Source: a virus (taxonomy: Duplodnaviria; Caudoviricetes). From it: DNA of 64,000 nt. Each line of letters opens with the position of its first letter. Positions within the stretch are counted from its first letter, which is position 1. The DNA lies in IMG/VR virus record IMGVR_UViG_3300036958_000333, positions 32,001 through 96,000 of that record. One strand, given 5' to 3'. This document shows positions 1 to 9,986 of the stretch, one piece after another. The position numbers and the translations under genes were made by a program. Below the pieces are notes generated by a model. The model did not search any database, was not told where the DNA came from, and saw nothing but the letters and a program-made list of their open reading frames with translations.

Positions 1-39
1 ATATGTATATATTATACTATAGTTAATAAATTAGACATA

Positions 40-333
40 ATGGAAATACATGATTTTATGAATAATCCAAATACTAGAATATTGGGAATATATCACAGTA
101 GATCAAAAATATTTTTAAATGGAAAATTCTCAGATTTTGATTCTCAAAGATACTTAAAATCAAGATATAGACATATAATAAGAGACGCTAATAGAAAAAG
201 AAACCATGGTTTAGAAGTTAAGAGAATATTAGATGAATATCATAGGAATTATTTAAGTGATTTAAACGTTAATGAAAACAAAACTCTTTCTATAGACGAA
301 ATATTTAATCAAAGAAAAAACATGGTAATATGA
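40..333 (+). CDS. hypothetical protein
   Basis: 97-aa ORF with ATGA overlap to the next ORF; no recognisable motif. Confidence 0.6.
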   Translation: MEIHDFMNNPNTRILGIYHSRSKIFLNGKFSDFDSQRYLKSRYRHIIRDANRKRNHGLEVKRILDEYHRNYLSDLNVNENKTLSIDEIFNQRKNMVI

Positions 334-599
334 ATAAATCAATTAAAAGATGTGCCAGAAGATATAAAAATGAAATAATAAAAAGAAAAATTTACTGGTT
401 GATTTATAAAAATTGGTATATAAATCAATCAATAAATGAAAAAAAAATCACTGGAAAATTATTACATACAAGAAAATCATGTAATTGTAATATGTGTAAA
501 AATCCTAGAAAAAGCAAGTTAACAAAAGGAAAAGAAAAATATACTATTCAAGAATTAAAATTTATTGAGGGTTTTAATAAATATGGAAAATATTATTGA
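330..599 (+). CDS. small basic protein with CxCxxC putative Zn-binding motif
   Basis: HTRKSCNCNMCKNPRK motif; overlaps neighbouring ORFs in operon fashion. Confidence 0.6.
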   Translation: MNKSIKRCARRYKNEIIKRKIYWLIYKNWYINQSINEKKITGKLLHTRKSCNCNMCKNPRKSKLTKGKEKYTIQELKFIEGFNKYGKYY

Positions 600-846
600 T
601 AATTTAGACGAACTTATTGAAAATACAAATAAAAATGGATTGGCTTCTTTAATAAAAATTATAAAGGAAAATGACATTGACGAAGCAAGGATCAAAAATT
701 TATTTATTTGTATTTTAACAAAATTAACAACCCATAATTACAAATATGATATAGAAAGTTTAACTAAAAATGCAATAAAATTAGTATCCCCTGGATTAAA
801 AAAAGAAGTTGATTTTAATCTTAAAAATTTATATAAAAAGAAATAA
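565..846 (+). CDS. hypothetical protein (true start probably the ATG at 583)
   Basis: ORF in the same operon; GAGG-like site upstream of the internal ATG. Confidence 0.55.
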   Translation: MRVLINMENIIDNLDELIENTNKNGLASLIKIIKENDIDEARIKNLFICILTKLTTHNYKYDIESLTKNAIKLVSPGLKKEVDFNLKNLYKKK

Positions 847-849
847 TAT

Positions 850-1074
850 ATGCCAATATATATTTATAAATGTAACAAATGTGATAAATTAATTGAAACG
901 ATTCAATCAATTGAATCAAATCCATATAAATTTCATAATGAAATAGAAAATACTAAGTGTAATGGAAATATTGAAAGAATTATATTTCCTCCATCTTTAG
1001 TGTTTAAAGGAACCGGTTTCTATGAAACAGATTATAAAAACAAATCTGAAAATCAAAAAGATAATAAAAAATAA
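850..1074 (+). CDS. FmdB-family zinc-ribbon protein
   Basis: MPIYIYKCNKC start and C-terminal FKGTGFYETDY signature typical of FmdB/CxxC_CxxC_SSSS proteins. Confidence 0.85.
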   Translation: MPIYIYKCNKCDKLIETIQSIESNPYKFHNEIENTKCNGNIERIIFPPSLVFKGTGFYETDYKNKSENQKDNKK

Positions 1075-1122
1075 TTAATAAATATCATATATATATTCGA
1101 CTAATTATTTAGGAGAATAGTT

Positions 1123-1962
1123 ATGCCAATATATAAAAATACTTCTTTTTCACATTTGTTTCTACCGAGAGAAGATGGAAAAGTTCCAGATATATCTTTA
1201 CATCCAAATGATACATTTAATGGATCAGAAGCTTTTTATAAAAGATATGTGGGAAATCCTCATTATTTAATTACAAGACAAGTTGATGGATATAACGCAC
1301 CATGTAGCTTGATCGCTGGTCCAAATTTAAAATCTGACGTAGAAGGATTTATAAAAAGAGATGGAATAATAGCTTCCGATGAAGATGAAAAAAATAATAC
1401 ACAAGTTACATCTGGAACATCATATTCGGCTTTTGGAAAAATAACACTAGATGATGGAACTGGAACACTGTATAGTTTTGATTTTTCTATAACTGGCGAC
1501 GGAGATCATGGTGGAGTAAATGAATCTGTTTTTAATGTATCTGGATCTACACCTGCCGGATCGGCTATTACACCTTTAAAAGATAATTCTAGAATAGATT
1601 GTATAAATGGCTATATAAGTTTTAGACTATCTGGCGCTGGTTCTTTACATCATTCCGTAGAAGTAGTTTATGAAAAATCTGACGTTGGACATCAAGCAGT
1701 AGCGTTTTTAAATCAATTGTTAGATACTTCTAAATTATCATATAGTTATACATATGTAAGCGCCGCATCAGATGTTGGTAGTGAATATTATGTTGCTGGA
1801 TCTGCAAATCAAATAAAAACAGAAAAGATATTTGCAACAGGATCTAAAGTCGGAGATAGAGCTAAAAAGATAACATATTATTACAAAGATTCTGATAACC
1901 CTACAAAATATAGTCATAAGAAAGAAGAATTAGATTTTGTAGAATCTTCAGATCTAGGGTAA
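1123..1962 (+). CDS. putative virion structural protein
   Basis: 279 aa, Gly/Ser/Thr-rich; AGGAG RBS upstream. Confidence 0.5.
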   Translation: MPIYKNTSFSHLFLPREDGKVPDISLHPNDTFNGSEAFYKRYVGNPHYLITRQVDGYNAPCSLIAGPNLKSDVEGFIKRDGIIASDEDEKNNTQVTSGTSYSAFGKITLDDGTGTLYSFDFSITGDGDHGGVNESVFNVSGSTPAGSAITPLKDNSRIDCINGYISFRLSGAGSLHHSVEVVYEKSDVGHQAVAFLNQLLDTSKLSYSYTYVSAASDVGSEYYVAGSANQIKTEKIFATGSKVGDRAKKITYYYKDSDNPTKYSHKKEELDFVESSDLG

Positions 1963-2367
1963 AATAACTGTTTTAAACCAATAATTTACTATATTATTAA
2001 TTGTATTTTTTAATTCTTTTTCAGTATATGGTTTTATTATATAAGAACTTGCTCCAAGTTTATAACTCTTTTCAATATCTTCTTTTGAACCAGAATTAGT
2101 AAATATAATAATTGGAAATGTTGTTTTAAAATTTTTTCTTATTTCTTTTAATGTTTTTAGACCATCTTTCTTTGGCATTTTTATATCTAATAATATAAAA
2201 ACAGATTTTTTTATATTATCTATTAAATATTCTATTAATTCTTTTCCATTTGCTAAATGATGAATTTTTATATTATGTTCTTCTAATAATATATTTTTAA
2301 TTATTTCTACTTCATCAAAATCATCATCTACAACTAAAAAAATATATTTTATATTATTGTTATTCAT
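1954..2367 (-). CDS. single-domain response regulator receiver (CheY/Rcp1-like)
   Basis: LVVDDD acidic pocket, ILLDIKMPKKDG phospho-Asp, IFTNS, GASSYIIKP, NYWF tail. Confidence 0.92.
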   Translation of the reverse strand: MNNNNIKYIFLVVDDDFDEVEIIKNILLEEHNIKIHHLANGKELIEYLIDNIKKSVFILLDIKMPKKDGLKTLKEIRKNFKTTFPIIIFTNSGSKEDIEKSYKLGASSYIIKPYTEKELKNTINNIVNYWFKTVILP

Positions 2368-2379
2368 TTGTTTTATATA

Positions 2380-3837
2380 TTAGTTATAAGATAAAAATTT
2401 ATATTGTTTTATTGGAATTAATATATTTACTGTTGTTCCTTTATTTATTTTACTAAATATATTGATTTTTCCATTATGAAATTCTACTATTTTTTTACAC
2501 ATAAATAAACCTATTCCATTTCCTTGATATAAGCCGTCATGACACTTTTGAAACATTGAAAAAACTTTGTTTCTGAACCTTCCGTCAAAACCTATACCGT
2601 TATCTTTTATTGAAATTTTTACATAATCATCAAGCTTTTTATTTATAGTTATGTTTATTATTAAGTTTTCATTGTCTTTTTTAAATTTCATAGAATTATC
2701 TAAAATATTAACAAACAATTGTTCCAATATATTCTTATCACATTCTATATCAAAATCAATATTATTCTTTATAACTATCTTTGAATTTGTTTCATTTATT
2801 TTTAATGATAATAAATTAATCGAAGAATTTATTATATCATTAATATTATGATATTTAAAATCTATTAAATCTATTGACATTTTACATAATTTTGATATTC
2901 CTTTTATTAAATTTCGTATCTTATCTGCTGAATTTTTTATTAAACCAATGTTTTTTCTAGTTTTTTCATTTATTTCACTACTTTCTGAAATTATTTTATC
3001 AGAAAAAAATAATATTTTTCTCAATGGTTCTTTTAAATCATGAGATATAAAATTAGCAAAACTATATAATTCTTGATTTGATTTTTTTAATTCTTCATAA
3101 TAAACTTTCATTTGTTCATGAAATATTTTTTTTGATGTTATATCTCTTGCTATAGCTATAAACTTATTATGATCATTTGTTTTAAATATATTAAAATTAA
3201 TCCATCTATACGAACCATCAGTGTGTTTTATTCTTGCATCAAATTTTATACTTTTATAAATATTTAATTTATTAAATTCTTCTTCTATTATTTTTTTATC
3301 TAGTTGATGAGATAAGTTTAATATATTCTTATTAATTAAATTTTCTTTAAAAAACCCAAGGATTATTTTTGAACTTCCTGTTGTTTGTTCTATTATTTTT
3401 TCTTTATTAATTCTAAATACCATAAATGTTGGATTATTAAAAATTATTTCTTTTTCTTCATTACTAAATTTAAATGGAGATATATCGGTCAATATTCCAA
3501 AAATTAATGCAACTTTTCTATTATTATCGAATATTGGAGCAACTAGAACAATTGTTCGTATATTTTCTTTATCTTTTGAAAGAAAAACTTTTTCTGAAAC
3601 ATATACGTCTTCTTCTTCATTTTTTATTTTATTTAATCTAATATAAAGATCATCCCAACTACTTTTTGATAAAATATCTTTTAAATGTTTTTTTTTAAGC
3701 TCAGAACTACTATATCTCAATAATTTACAAAAATTTTTATTAAATTTTATTATTTTCCAATTAATATCAATTATTATCATTGATGATGGAAAAGTATTCC
3801 AAAAATTACATACATCAAAATTTATCTTACTAGTCAT
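2380..3837 (-). CDS. cytoplasmic PAS-PAS sensor histidine kinase
   Basis: two PAS-like domains (GILTDIS, DGSYRWI...ARDIT), H-box SHDLKEPLR, N-box NILDNSMKF, DNGIGF, GNGIGL; no TM segment seen. Confidence 0.92.
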   Translation of the reverse strand: MTSKINFDVCNFWNTFPSSMIIIDINWKIIKFNKNFCKLLRYSSSELKKKHLKDILSKSSWDDLYIRLNKIKNEEEDVYVSEKVFLSKDKENIRTIVLVAPIFDNNRKVALIFGILTDISPFKFSNEEKEIIFNNPTFMVFRINKEKIIEQTTGSSKIILGFFKENLINKNILNLSHQLDKKIIEEEFNKLNIYKSIKFDARIKHTDGSYRWINFNIFKTNDHNKFIAIARDITSKKIFHEQMKVYYEELKKSNQELYSFANFISHDLKEPLRKILFFSDKIISESSEINEKTRKNIGLIKNSADKIRNLIKGISKLCKMSIDLIDFKYHNINDIINSSINLLSLKINETNSKIVIKNNIDFDIECDKNILEQLFVNILDNSMKFKKDNENLIINITINKKLDDYVKISIKDNGIGFDGRFRNKVFSMFQKCHDGLYQGNGIGLFMCKKIVEFHNGKINIFSKINKGTTVNILIPIKQYKFLSYN

Positions 3838-4304
3838 TTTATACTTAATAAATTAATTACATTTTTAATAACAACATCTGGTAAAACAAAAACCTTTTCA
3901 TCATAACTCTCATAATCCCATATTAAATATTGATTTTTCCTTAAAAACTTTCTATCTAATAATAAATTTATATTTTCAGGATAACCAAATATATCTGGAT
4001 CTGATTTTCCCCATAAAACTATTCCATACTTCTTTATAAAATGGCAAAAATGAGGGAAAAAATTATCTACAGAAATCCAACAATCACACTCCATAACCTT
4101 TGACTTTAATTCATCAAAAGATTTACCCATAAAATATTCATCTACATTATCAAGTAATTGTTCTCCATTTATTCCAACTTGTATAATATGAAACTCCATT
4201 TGTTTCAATTTTTCTATAACTTGGTCCCAATAAGGATAATCTTTTGCATTCCTTTTATTGTCTTTTAATTTTTTTGAAAACGGCGAAATAATAATTTTTT
4301 TCAT
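3834..4304 (-). CDS. glycosyltransferase family 9-like protein, C-terminal Rossmann half
   Basis: IIISPFS...KDYPYW...IIQVG...ISVDNFFPH...GIVLWG pattern of the heptosyltransferase C-domain. Confidence 0.7.
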   Translation of the reverse strand: MKKIIISPFSKKLKDNKRNAKDYPYWDQVIEKLKQMEFHIIQVGINGEQLLDNVDEYFMGKSFDELKSKVMECDCWISVDNFFPHFCHFIKKYGIVLWGKSDPDIFGYPENINLLLDRKFLRKNQYLIWDYESYDEKVFVLPDVVIKNVINLLSIK

Positions 4305-4306
4305 AT

Positions 4307-7300
4307 TTAATACTCAAAATTTATAAAAAAATCTTTATAAGACTCCACTAAATTTTTCTTTACCTTACTATATTCCATATATCTATATATATTATATTTT
4401 TCAGTATTATTTGTTAAATATAAAGCTTCATCTATATTTATATAATTTATACCAGAAAATTTATAAACATCTTCGTAAAATGATGATACTATAACATCTG
4501 GATGTTCTTTTATTATATCTTTATAAGCATGAATAAATGCAAAATTATCACCAAGTCCCCCTGTTACTAATATCAACTTTGTTTTCCCTGGATATTTATT
4601 CCAAACCTTCATCTTCATATTAAAAACATTTTCATCATGATCCCATAAACTTTTATCACGATAACTCCTTATTCCTCCGCCACTTTCCCTAAAATGCCAT
4701 GTAATTATAGAACTATCTACTATTAATTTCCAACCGCTTCTTTTCATTTCATATGTAAATATAGTTTCCTCTCTATGACCAACTGGAGATAATTTTAAGC
4801 AATATCCGTGTTTTGATGCTTCTTTTCTATATAAAAAAGTACTATATAAATGATCTACTTCGTGTTTTCCTTCGTGTTTAACCCATTGACAATTAGGAAA
4901 AATAGATAAATCATTTATATTATTGTATGTAAAATTTTCTGGAATTCTTATATTTTGTAATGGATCTAATACCAATCCGGCAACTGCCCCAACATCATCT
5001 TTCATTTCTAATAATAATTTTTCTAAAACATTACTTTCAGCTAAATTGTCATCATCTAATCTCCATATATATTTATGTTTAGATATTTCTATTGATTTTT
5101 GATGATTTAAAACTTGACCTTTCTTTTCTCCAAATATAACACGCCACTCTATTCCATTTAAATCAAGATATTTAAATATATTTTCATATAAAGGGTTTTT
5201 TCTTAAATCTTCTTGGTCGCCATCATCAAATATTATTAGTTCTTTAGGTTTAACAGTTTGGTTTGCAATAGAAGTTATTGCTAGTGGTAAAGTCGTATTA
5301 TATCTATTTTTAGTTGAAATCATAGCAGTTACATCTGCATTATTAGTTATTAATTGTATGTTTTTTATGTCATCTTTTCTTTCAAATTTAAAAACTTTAT
5401 TATTATTATAAATAGTTTCCTCTTCTCCTTTTTCGTTTTTTTGTTTTGTATAAAAACTAACATTCCATATTTCTTTGTATCCTAAACTCATTATATAATC
5501 ATATAAATAATTTATTTCATATTTTGTTATTGGAGTTCCATGAATTTCTATAAATATTTTTTTAAATCTTTTTATCATTTTTTCATCACAAGACATTAAT
5601 ATCGGAAATTCAAATCCTTCACAATCAATTTTCAATATAATATCATTGTCATTTCTAAAATAAATGTTTAATATATCTTCTAGTGTAATTGTATAAGATA
5701 ATTTTTTTTCATTATTTATATTATTTATATCAACATTATCTTCTGAAACCATTGTGTTTTTTTCAATTTCTTCTAAATATACTATATTTTTACTTTTATC
5801 TGTAACTGCTACATTTATAGGTATTATGTTATTATATTTTTTTGTATTTTGTAAAAATAATTTGAAAGATTCAATATTAGGTTCTATTGAAACTATTTTA
5901 TTTGAACCATATTCTGCACATAATATAGAAAAAATACCATTATATGCACCTATGTCAAGAACATTTTTTTCAAAAACATCTTCTTTATTTAAAGAATATA
6001 AATTATTTTTAAATTCATCAAACACATAAGAATCTTGTGCTTTTAATTTTTCTATAAAACTTAAATCTAAGTTTAAATTATTAAAAACACCTAAATCATC
6101 TTTTTCTGTCATATTTACAATCCCTTTATCTCCATGTGTTCCAAGAATCTTTTTAACATATTTTGATTTTGTATTTTTAGAACATTCTTTTATAAATTGA
6201 TAATCATGATCAACAAAATTAGATTTTATATCATGTTCCCATTTATATGAAAATTTCTTCGCTAAGCTAGAATCAACCATAAAATTTAAACTATCTATAT
6301 CACCAAAAACAAACTCTCCTTCATTATGAGAAGAAGAAGGTATAATCTTTCCAAGCTCTACGTGTTCTATTTGACAATATGATATTTTATAATCTTTTTC
6401 GTTTATTATTTGAGATAACAACTCCCCAACATAGTTTTCATTAACAGTATTATCATCATCAACAAAACAAACAAATCCATTTTCTGGTATGATTTCTAAT
6501 ATTTTTTGCCTACATTTGCTTCCAAAAGCTCCTTCGTGTTTATCCAAATAATGATATTGAAATTCTATATCTGATTTTTTATTAAACTCATCAATTATAT
6601 GTTTTACCTTTTCATCATATCCATCTGCGCAAATATAAGATATTATATTTCTATATTTTTGTTTATTAATACTGTCTAGTGTTTTTCTTAATTTTAAATA
6701 TCTTTTATATGTTGGAGTTATTATATAAACTTTTTTACCATGTTTTTTAAATAATATTTGTAAATTTCTTTCTGTAATTTTATCCCAATCTTTTAAATCA
6801 AAAACTGTTCCTTCGGCTTTGTGATATATTGGGAAATCTCTACAATTAATATCATCTAATGGAACCTGGATTAATTTATATCCCTTATTTTCTGCTCTTA
6901 TACAAAAATCCATATCCTCGGCAAAACCTGGATTAAATATTTCATCAAGTAATCCTATTTCATCAAATATGTTTTTTTCAATCATGACGCAAAAAAATAA
7001 TAAAAATTTCCTGTTTATAATAGGACATCTTGATGCTAAAGGACCGGTTACTCCAACTTTGTCATTTTCTAAAAATGGTTTTTTGAGTATATTTATCCAT
7101 TGATTTTTTTCTTGATTCCTTAATATAGTATCATTATTAAGTAATATAATATAATTTCCATTAGATTGTTTTATTCCTTCATTTGTTGCTTTTGTATAAC
7201 CTAAAGGATCATCATACCATAACACTTTTATATTTTTTATTTTTTGATTATCGAGATATTCTTTGGTTCTATCTTTACATCCATTAGCAACTATAACTAT

Positions 7301-7405
7301 TTCAGTATCATTTAAATCAGTATATTCTATTATACTATTTAAACATGGAATAAGATTATCTTCTAAATGATTATAAGTAGGGATTATAATAGAATTCTTT
7401 ATCAA
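4307..7405 (-). CDS. multidomain glycosyltransferase: GT2 + GT2 + FkbM methyltransferase + GT2-like + GT9-like N-terminal piece
   Basis: SIIIPTYN...LLNNDT; IITPTYKR...FVDDDN; VLDIGAYNG...IEPN...LKIDCEGFE; IIFDDG...WRLDDDN; C-terminal TGGLGDNF. Confidence 0.88.
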   Translation of the reverse strand: MIKNSIIIPTYNHLEDNLIPCLNSIIEYTDLNDTEIVIVANGCKDRTKEYLDNQKIKNIKVLWYDDPLGYTKATNEGIKQSNGNYIILLNNDTILRNQEKNQWINILKKPFLENDKVGVTGPLASRCPIINRKFLLFFCVMIEKNIFDEIGLLDEIFNPGFAEDMDFCIRAENKGYKLIQVPLDDINCRDFPIYHKAEGTVFDLKDWDKITERNLQILFKKHGKKVYIITPTYKRYLKLRKTLDSINKQKYRNIISYICADGYDEKVKHIIDEFNKKSDIEFQYHYLDKHEGAFGSKCRQKILEIIPENGFVCFVDDDNTVNENYVGELLSQIINEKDYKISYCQIEHVELGKIIPSSSHNEGEFVFGDIDSLNFMVDSSLAKKFSYKWEHDIKSNFVDHDYQFIKECSKNTKSKYVKKILGTHGDKGIVNMTEKDDLGVFNNLNLDLSFIEKLKAQDSYVFDEFKNNLYSLNKEDVFEKNVLDIGAYNGIFSILCAEYGSNKIVSIEPNIESFKLFLQNTKKYNNIIPINVAVTDKSKNIVYLEEIEKNTMVSEDNVDINNINNEKKLSYTITLEDILNIYFRNDNDIILKIDCEGFEFPILMSCDEKMIKRFKKIFIEIHGTPITKYEINYLYDYIMSLGYKEIWNVSFYTKQKNEKGEEETIYNNNKVFKFERKDDIKNIQLITNNADVTAMISTKNRYNTTLPLAITSIANQTVKPKELIIFDDGDQEDLRKNPLYENIFKYLDLNGIEWRVIFGEKKGQVLNHQKSIEISKHKYIWRLDDDNLAESNVLEKLLLEMKDDVGAVAGLVLDPLQNIRIPENFTYNNINDLSIFPNCQWVKHEGKHEVDHLYSTFLYRKEASKHGYCLKLSPVGHREETIFTYEMKRSGWKLIVDSSIITWHFRESGGGIRSYRDKSLWDHDENVFNMKMKVWNKYPGKTKLILVTGGLGDNFAFIHAYKDIIKEHPDVIVSSFYEDVYKFSGINYINIDEALYLTNNTEKYNIYRYMEYSKVKKNLVESYKDFFINFEY

Positions 7406-7446
7406 ATTTAATTTTCCTTTTTATTATATAAAAAAGAAAATTATTA

Positions 7447-9978
7447 TCAAAAATTTCCAAATATTTCATTTTCATCATTTATAGAAATTAACCCATTTGA
7501 TAAGACATAATTTCCACATTTTGTTTTTAAATCATAAGTTTTGCATTCGATATCTATTTTATCATATTTTAGATAGTTATTTAAAAATTTATGATTATCT
7601 GTGCAGATAAAATCATTGTACATTCTACCAGATAATGGATATAATGTTTCCTTACAGTATATATTAATTACTTCTGTTAGAATTTCTTTTCCATCTTTAA
7701 TACCAAAAACAGAATCACCGACTTTAAGATCTTTTATTTTAATTAGATTTCCAGGAAATTTTATTAACGTATTCCCGTCTAGACATTTATTATGTACAAG
7801 AAATCCATTTGCATAAAATGTTTCTGATGGACTTACTTTACTTAAATTATAAGTTTGAACATCACCTAAAACCTTTATCCATCCAATAATTTGTAAATAA
7901 CCATCAACTGTTTTTACATGATTTCCTAACTCTAATTTTTTTATTTCTAATTTTTCATTTCTATAATTTTGTGGATTTATGCTAGCCCATCCGTTATTTG
8001 TCATTATTGGATGTTCATCAGTTACTTTTAAAACTAAATCATTTTCAAATACAATATAGTAATAATGATCTCTAATAGGACTTTCTAAACTTTTAACCGT
8101 TCCGCCAATTACTTTATCTCCAATTATAATATCTTCTATATTTTTACACTCATTGTTTTCCATTAATATTTTTGTTCCAGCCAGAAAACAACATTCATAA
8201 TTTGTAAGAAGTCCATTTGAAAAATATAATTGATGAGCGGTTCCATAAAAATCTTCAAGATATAGATATTGTGAGATTCCAATATTTCCACTAACATCTT
8301 TATATCCAATTTCTGGCTGAATGTATCCGTTTATATATGGAGATGTGAATAAGCCCCAAAATAGTCCCCAGTCTTCCCCAACTCCTGGTTCACTTTCATA
8401 ACCATAAAAAGATGCATCATGTGAATTAATACATATATAAATGTTTCCATTTTTATAATTATAAACAATATCATTGATATAATAATATTCGCCAACGTCC
8501 CAGTCATATCTCCAATTAAAACCTAAACCAGAATATCCTGAATAACCGGATATACCAGAATAGCCGGATTTTCCAGAATAACCTGAAGTTCCTAAATATC
8601 CTGATTTTCCTGAATAACCAGATATACCTGAATATCCTATAAATGAAGATTGTGTTTCCCAAAAAGCCTCTCCAGAAACACCACACGATAATACATATCC
8701 AGAATTTGCTCCATTTGTTATAATTATTTTTTCGGTTCTTGTTGTTCCAAAAACATCACAAGTATATTCTGGATATCTATCTTCTCCAATACCAAAATAT
8801 CCTTCTCCTGTAATATATGCAACAGTTCTTTTGTCGATTTCAATATCACCAGTATAACCAGAATATCCAGACCCACAAGATAATAAAAATTTAAGAGTGG
8901 TTGGACAATTTACGTTTTCTCTACTTGTTCCATACCAATCTTGTTCAGCAGTACATTTTATATCAGCAGCATCTATTAATTTCCCACTGCTATAACTTCC
9001 TCTATATGTAACTGTTCCCAAATCTGTTCCGCTTGTTACTGGCAACATACTTTGATTGTTTCCAAATGTTTTTCCTAAAATAAAAACAGGAAACATTCCC
9101 ACATAACCTGAATTTCCAATTCCACTTTCTGTTCCATGTTGATATATTTGAATACTAGCATATTTAGTTGGATCATTTTGAGAAATAAAAATAGAAGGAT
9201 CTCCACCGCCATACTTATAACCACTTGTTCCTATAATTAATGTATCACTAATATTATTTAAATAAGTTACACCACTTGCTGGTATTCTATTGAAATATTG
9301 TATTCCAGCACCAGAATATCCAGATTTTCCGGAATAACCAAAATATCCTGAAATACCAGAATAACCAGAATATCCAGATATATTTTCTAAAAATAAATCC
9401 CAATAATCATAGTACGATCCTCCAATACCTGGTTCTGATCCAATATTTGATATATGATCTTCAATACAAATATATAAATTATTATTATGACTAATTATAT
9501 CATCAACATAATAATTTATTGATTCTTCCCACAAACTTTTCCATATTAATTTTTTACCAGAATACCCAGAATATCCAGATATACCAGAATAACCTGAATA
9601 TCCAGAAATACCAATTTCACCAGAATAACCAGATATACCAGAATAACCTGAATATCCGGATTCATTTTCATTAGACGATGAACATGTTGTCCATAATATT
9701 CCATTACATGCAAATATTTGTGATAATCCTGATTTGATAGTTGAAATTATATCTTCATTATCGTTTTTTATAATTAAAGAATAAGAAGAAGATGTATTTA
9801 TTATTGTATATTTTAATCCATTACAAGATTCTTCATTTGGTAATATAACATATTTGTCAGAATCTTTAGGTTCTAAAAATAATATTTGCTTATCTGATTC
9901 TAAAATTATTGTTTTATCATCGTTTAATTCTTCGGTAGAAGATTCTTCAAATATATTATTGTATTTTATATAAACCAT
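7447..9978 (-). CDS. SGX collagen-like fibre protein with CBM5/12-like modules and C-terminal tandem Hint domains (copy 1)
   Basis: SGYSGISGY repeats; W..W...Y..DD..S.N..LYIC...H modules; CFLAGT...TDEHP...NGFLVHN followed by CLDGNT...TDNH...NGLISIN. Confidence 0.85.
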   Translation of the reverse strand: MVYIKYNNIFEESSTEELNDDKTIILESDKQILFLEPKDSDKYVILPNEESCNGLKYTIINTSSSYSLIIKNDNEDIISTIKSGLSQIFACNGILWTTCSSSNENESGYSGYSGISGYSGEIGISGYSGYSGISGYSGYSGKKLIWKSLWEESINYYVDDIISHNNNLYICIEDHISNIGSEPGIGGSYYDYWDLFLENISGYSGYSGISGYFGYSGKSGYSGAGIQYFNRIPASGVTYLNNISDTLIIGTSGYKYGGGDPSIFISQNDPTKYASIQIYQHGTESGIGNSGYVGMFPVFILGKTFGNNQSMLPVTSGTDLGTVTYRGSYSSGKLIDAADIKCTAEQDWYGTSRENVNCPTTLKFLLSCGSGYSGYTGDIEIDKRTVAYITGEGYFGIGEDRYPEYTCDVFGTTRTEKIIITNGANSGYVLSCGVSGEAFWETQSSFIGYSGISGYSGKSGYLGTSGYSGKSGYSGISGYSGYSGLGFNWRYDWDVGEYYYINDIVYNYKNGNIYICINSHDASFYGYESEPGVGEDWGLFWGLFTSPYINGYIQPEIGYKDVSGNIGISQYLYLEDFYGTAHQLYFSNGLLTNYECCFLAGTKILMENNECKNIEDIIIGDKVIGGTVKSLESPIRDHYYYIVFENDLVLKVTDEHPIMTNNGWASINPQNYRNEKLEIKKLELGNHVKTVDGYLQIIGWIKVLGDVQTYNLSKVSPSETFYANGFLVHNKCLDGNTLIKFPGNLIKIKDLKVGDSVFGIKDGKEILTEVINIYCKETLYPLSGRMYNDFICTDNHKFLNNYLKYDKIDIECKTYDLKTKCGNYVLSNGLISINDENEIFGNF

Positions 9979-9986
9979 AAGACACC

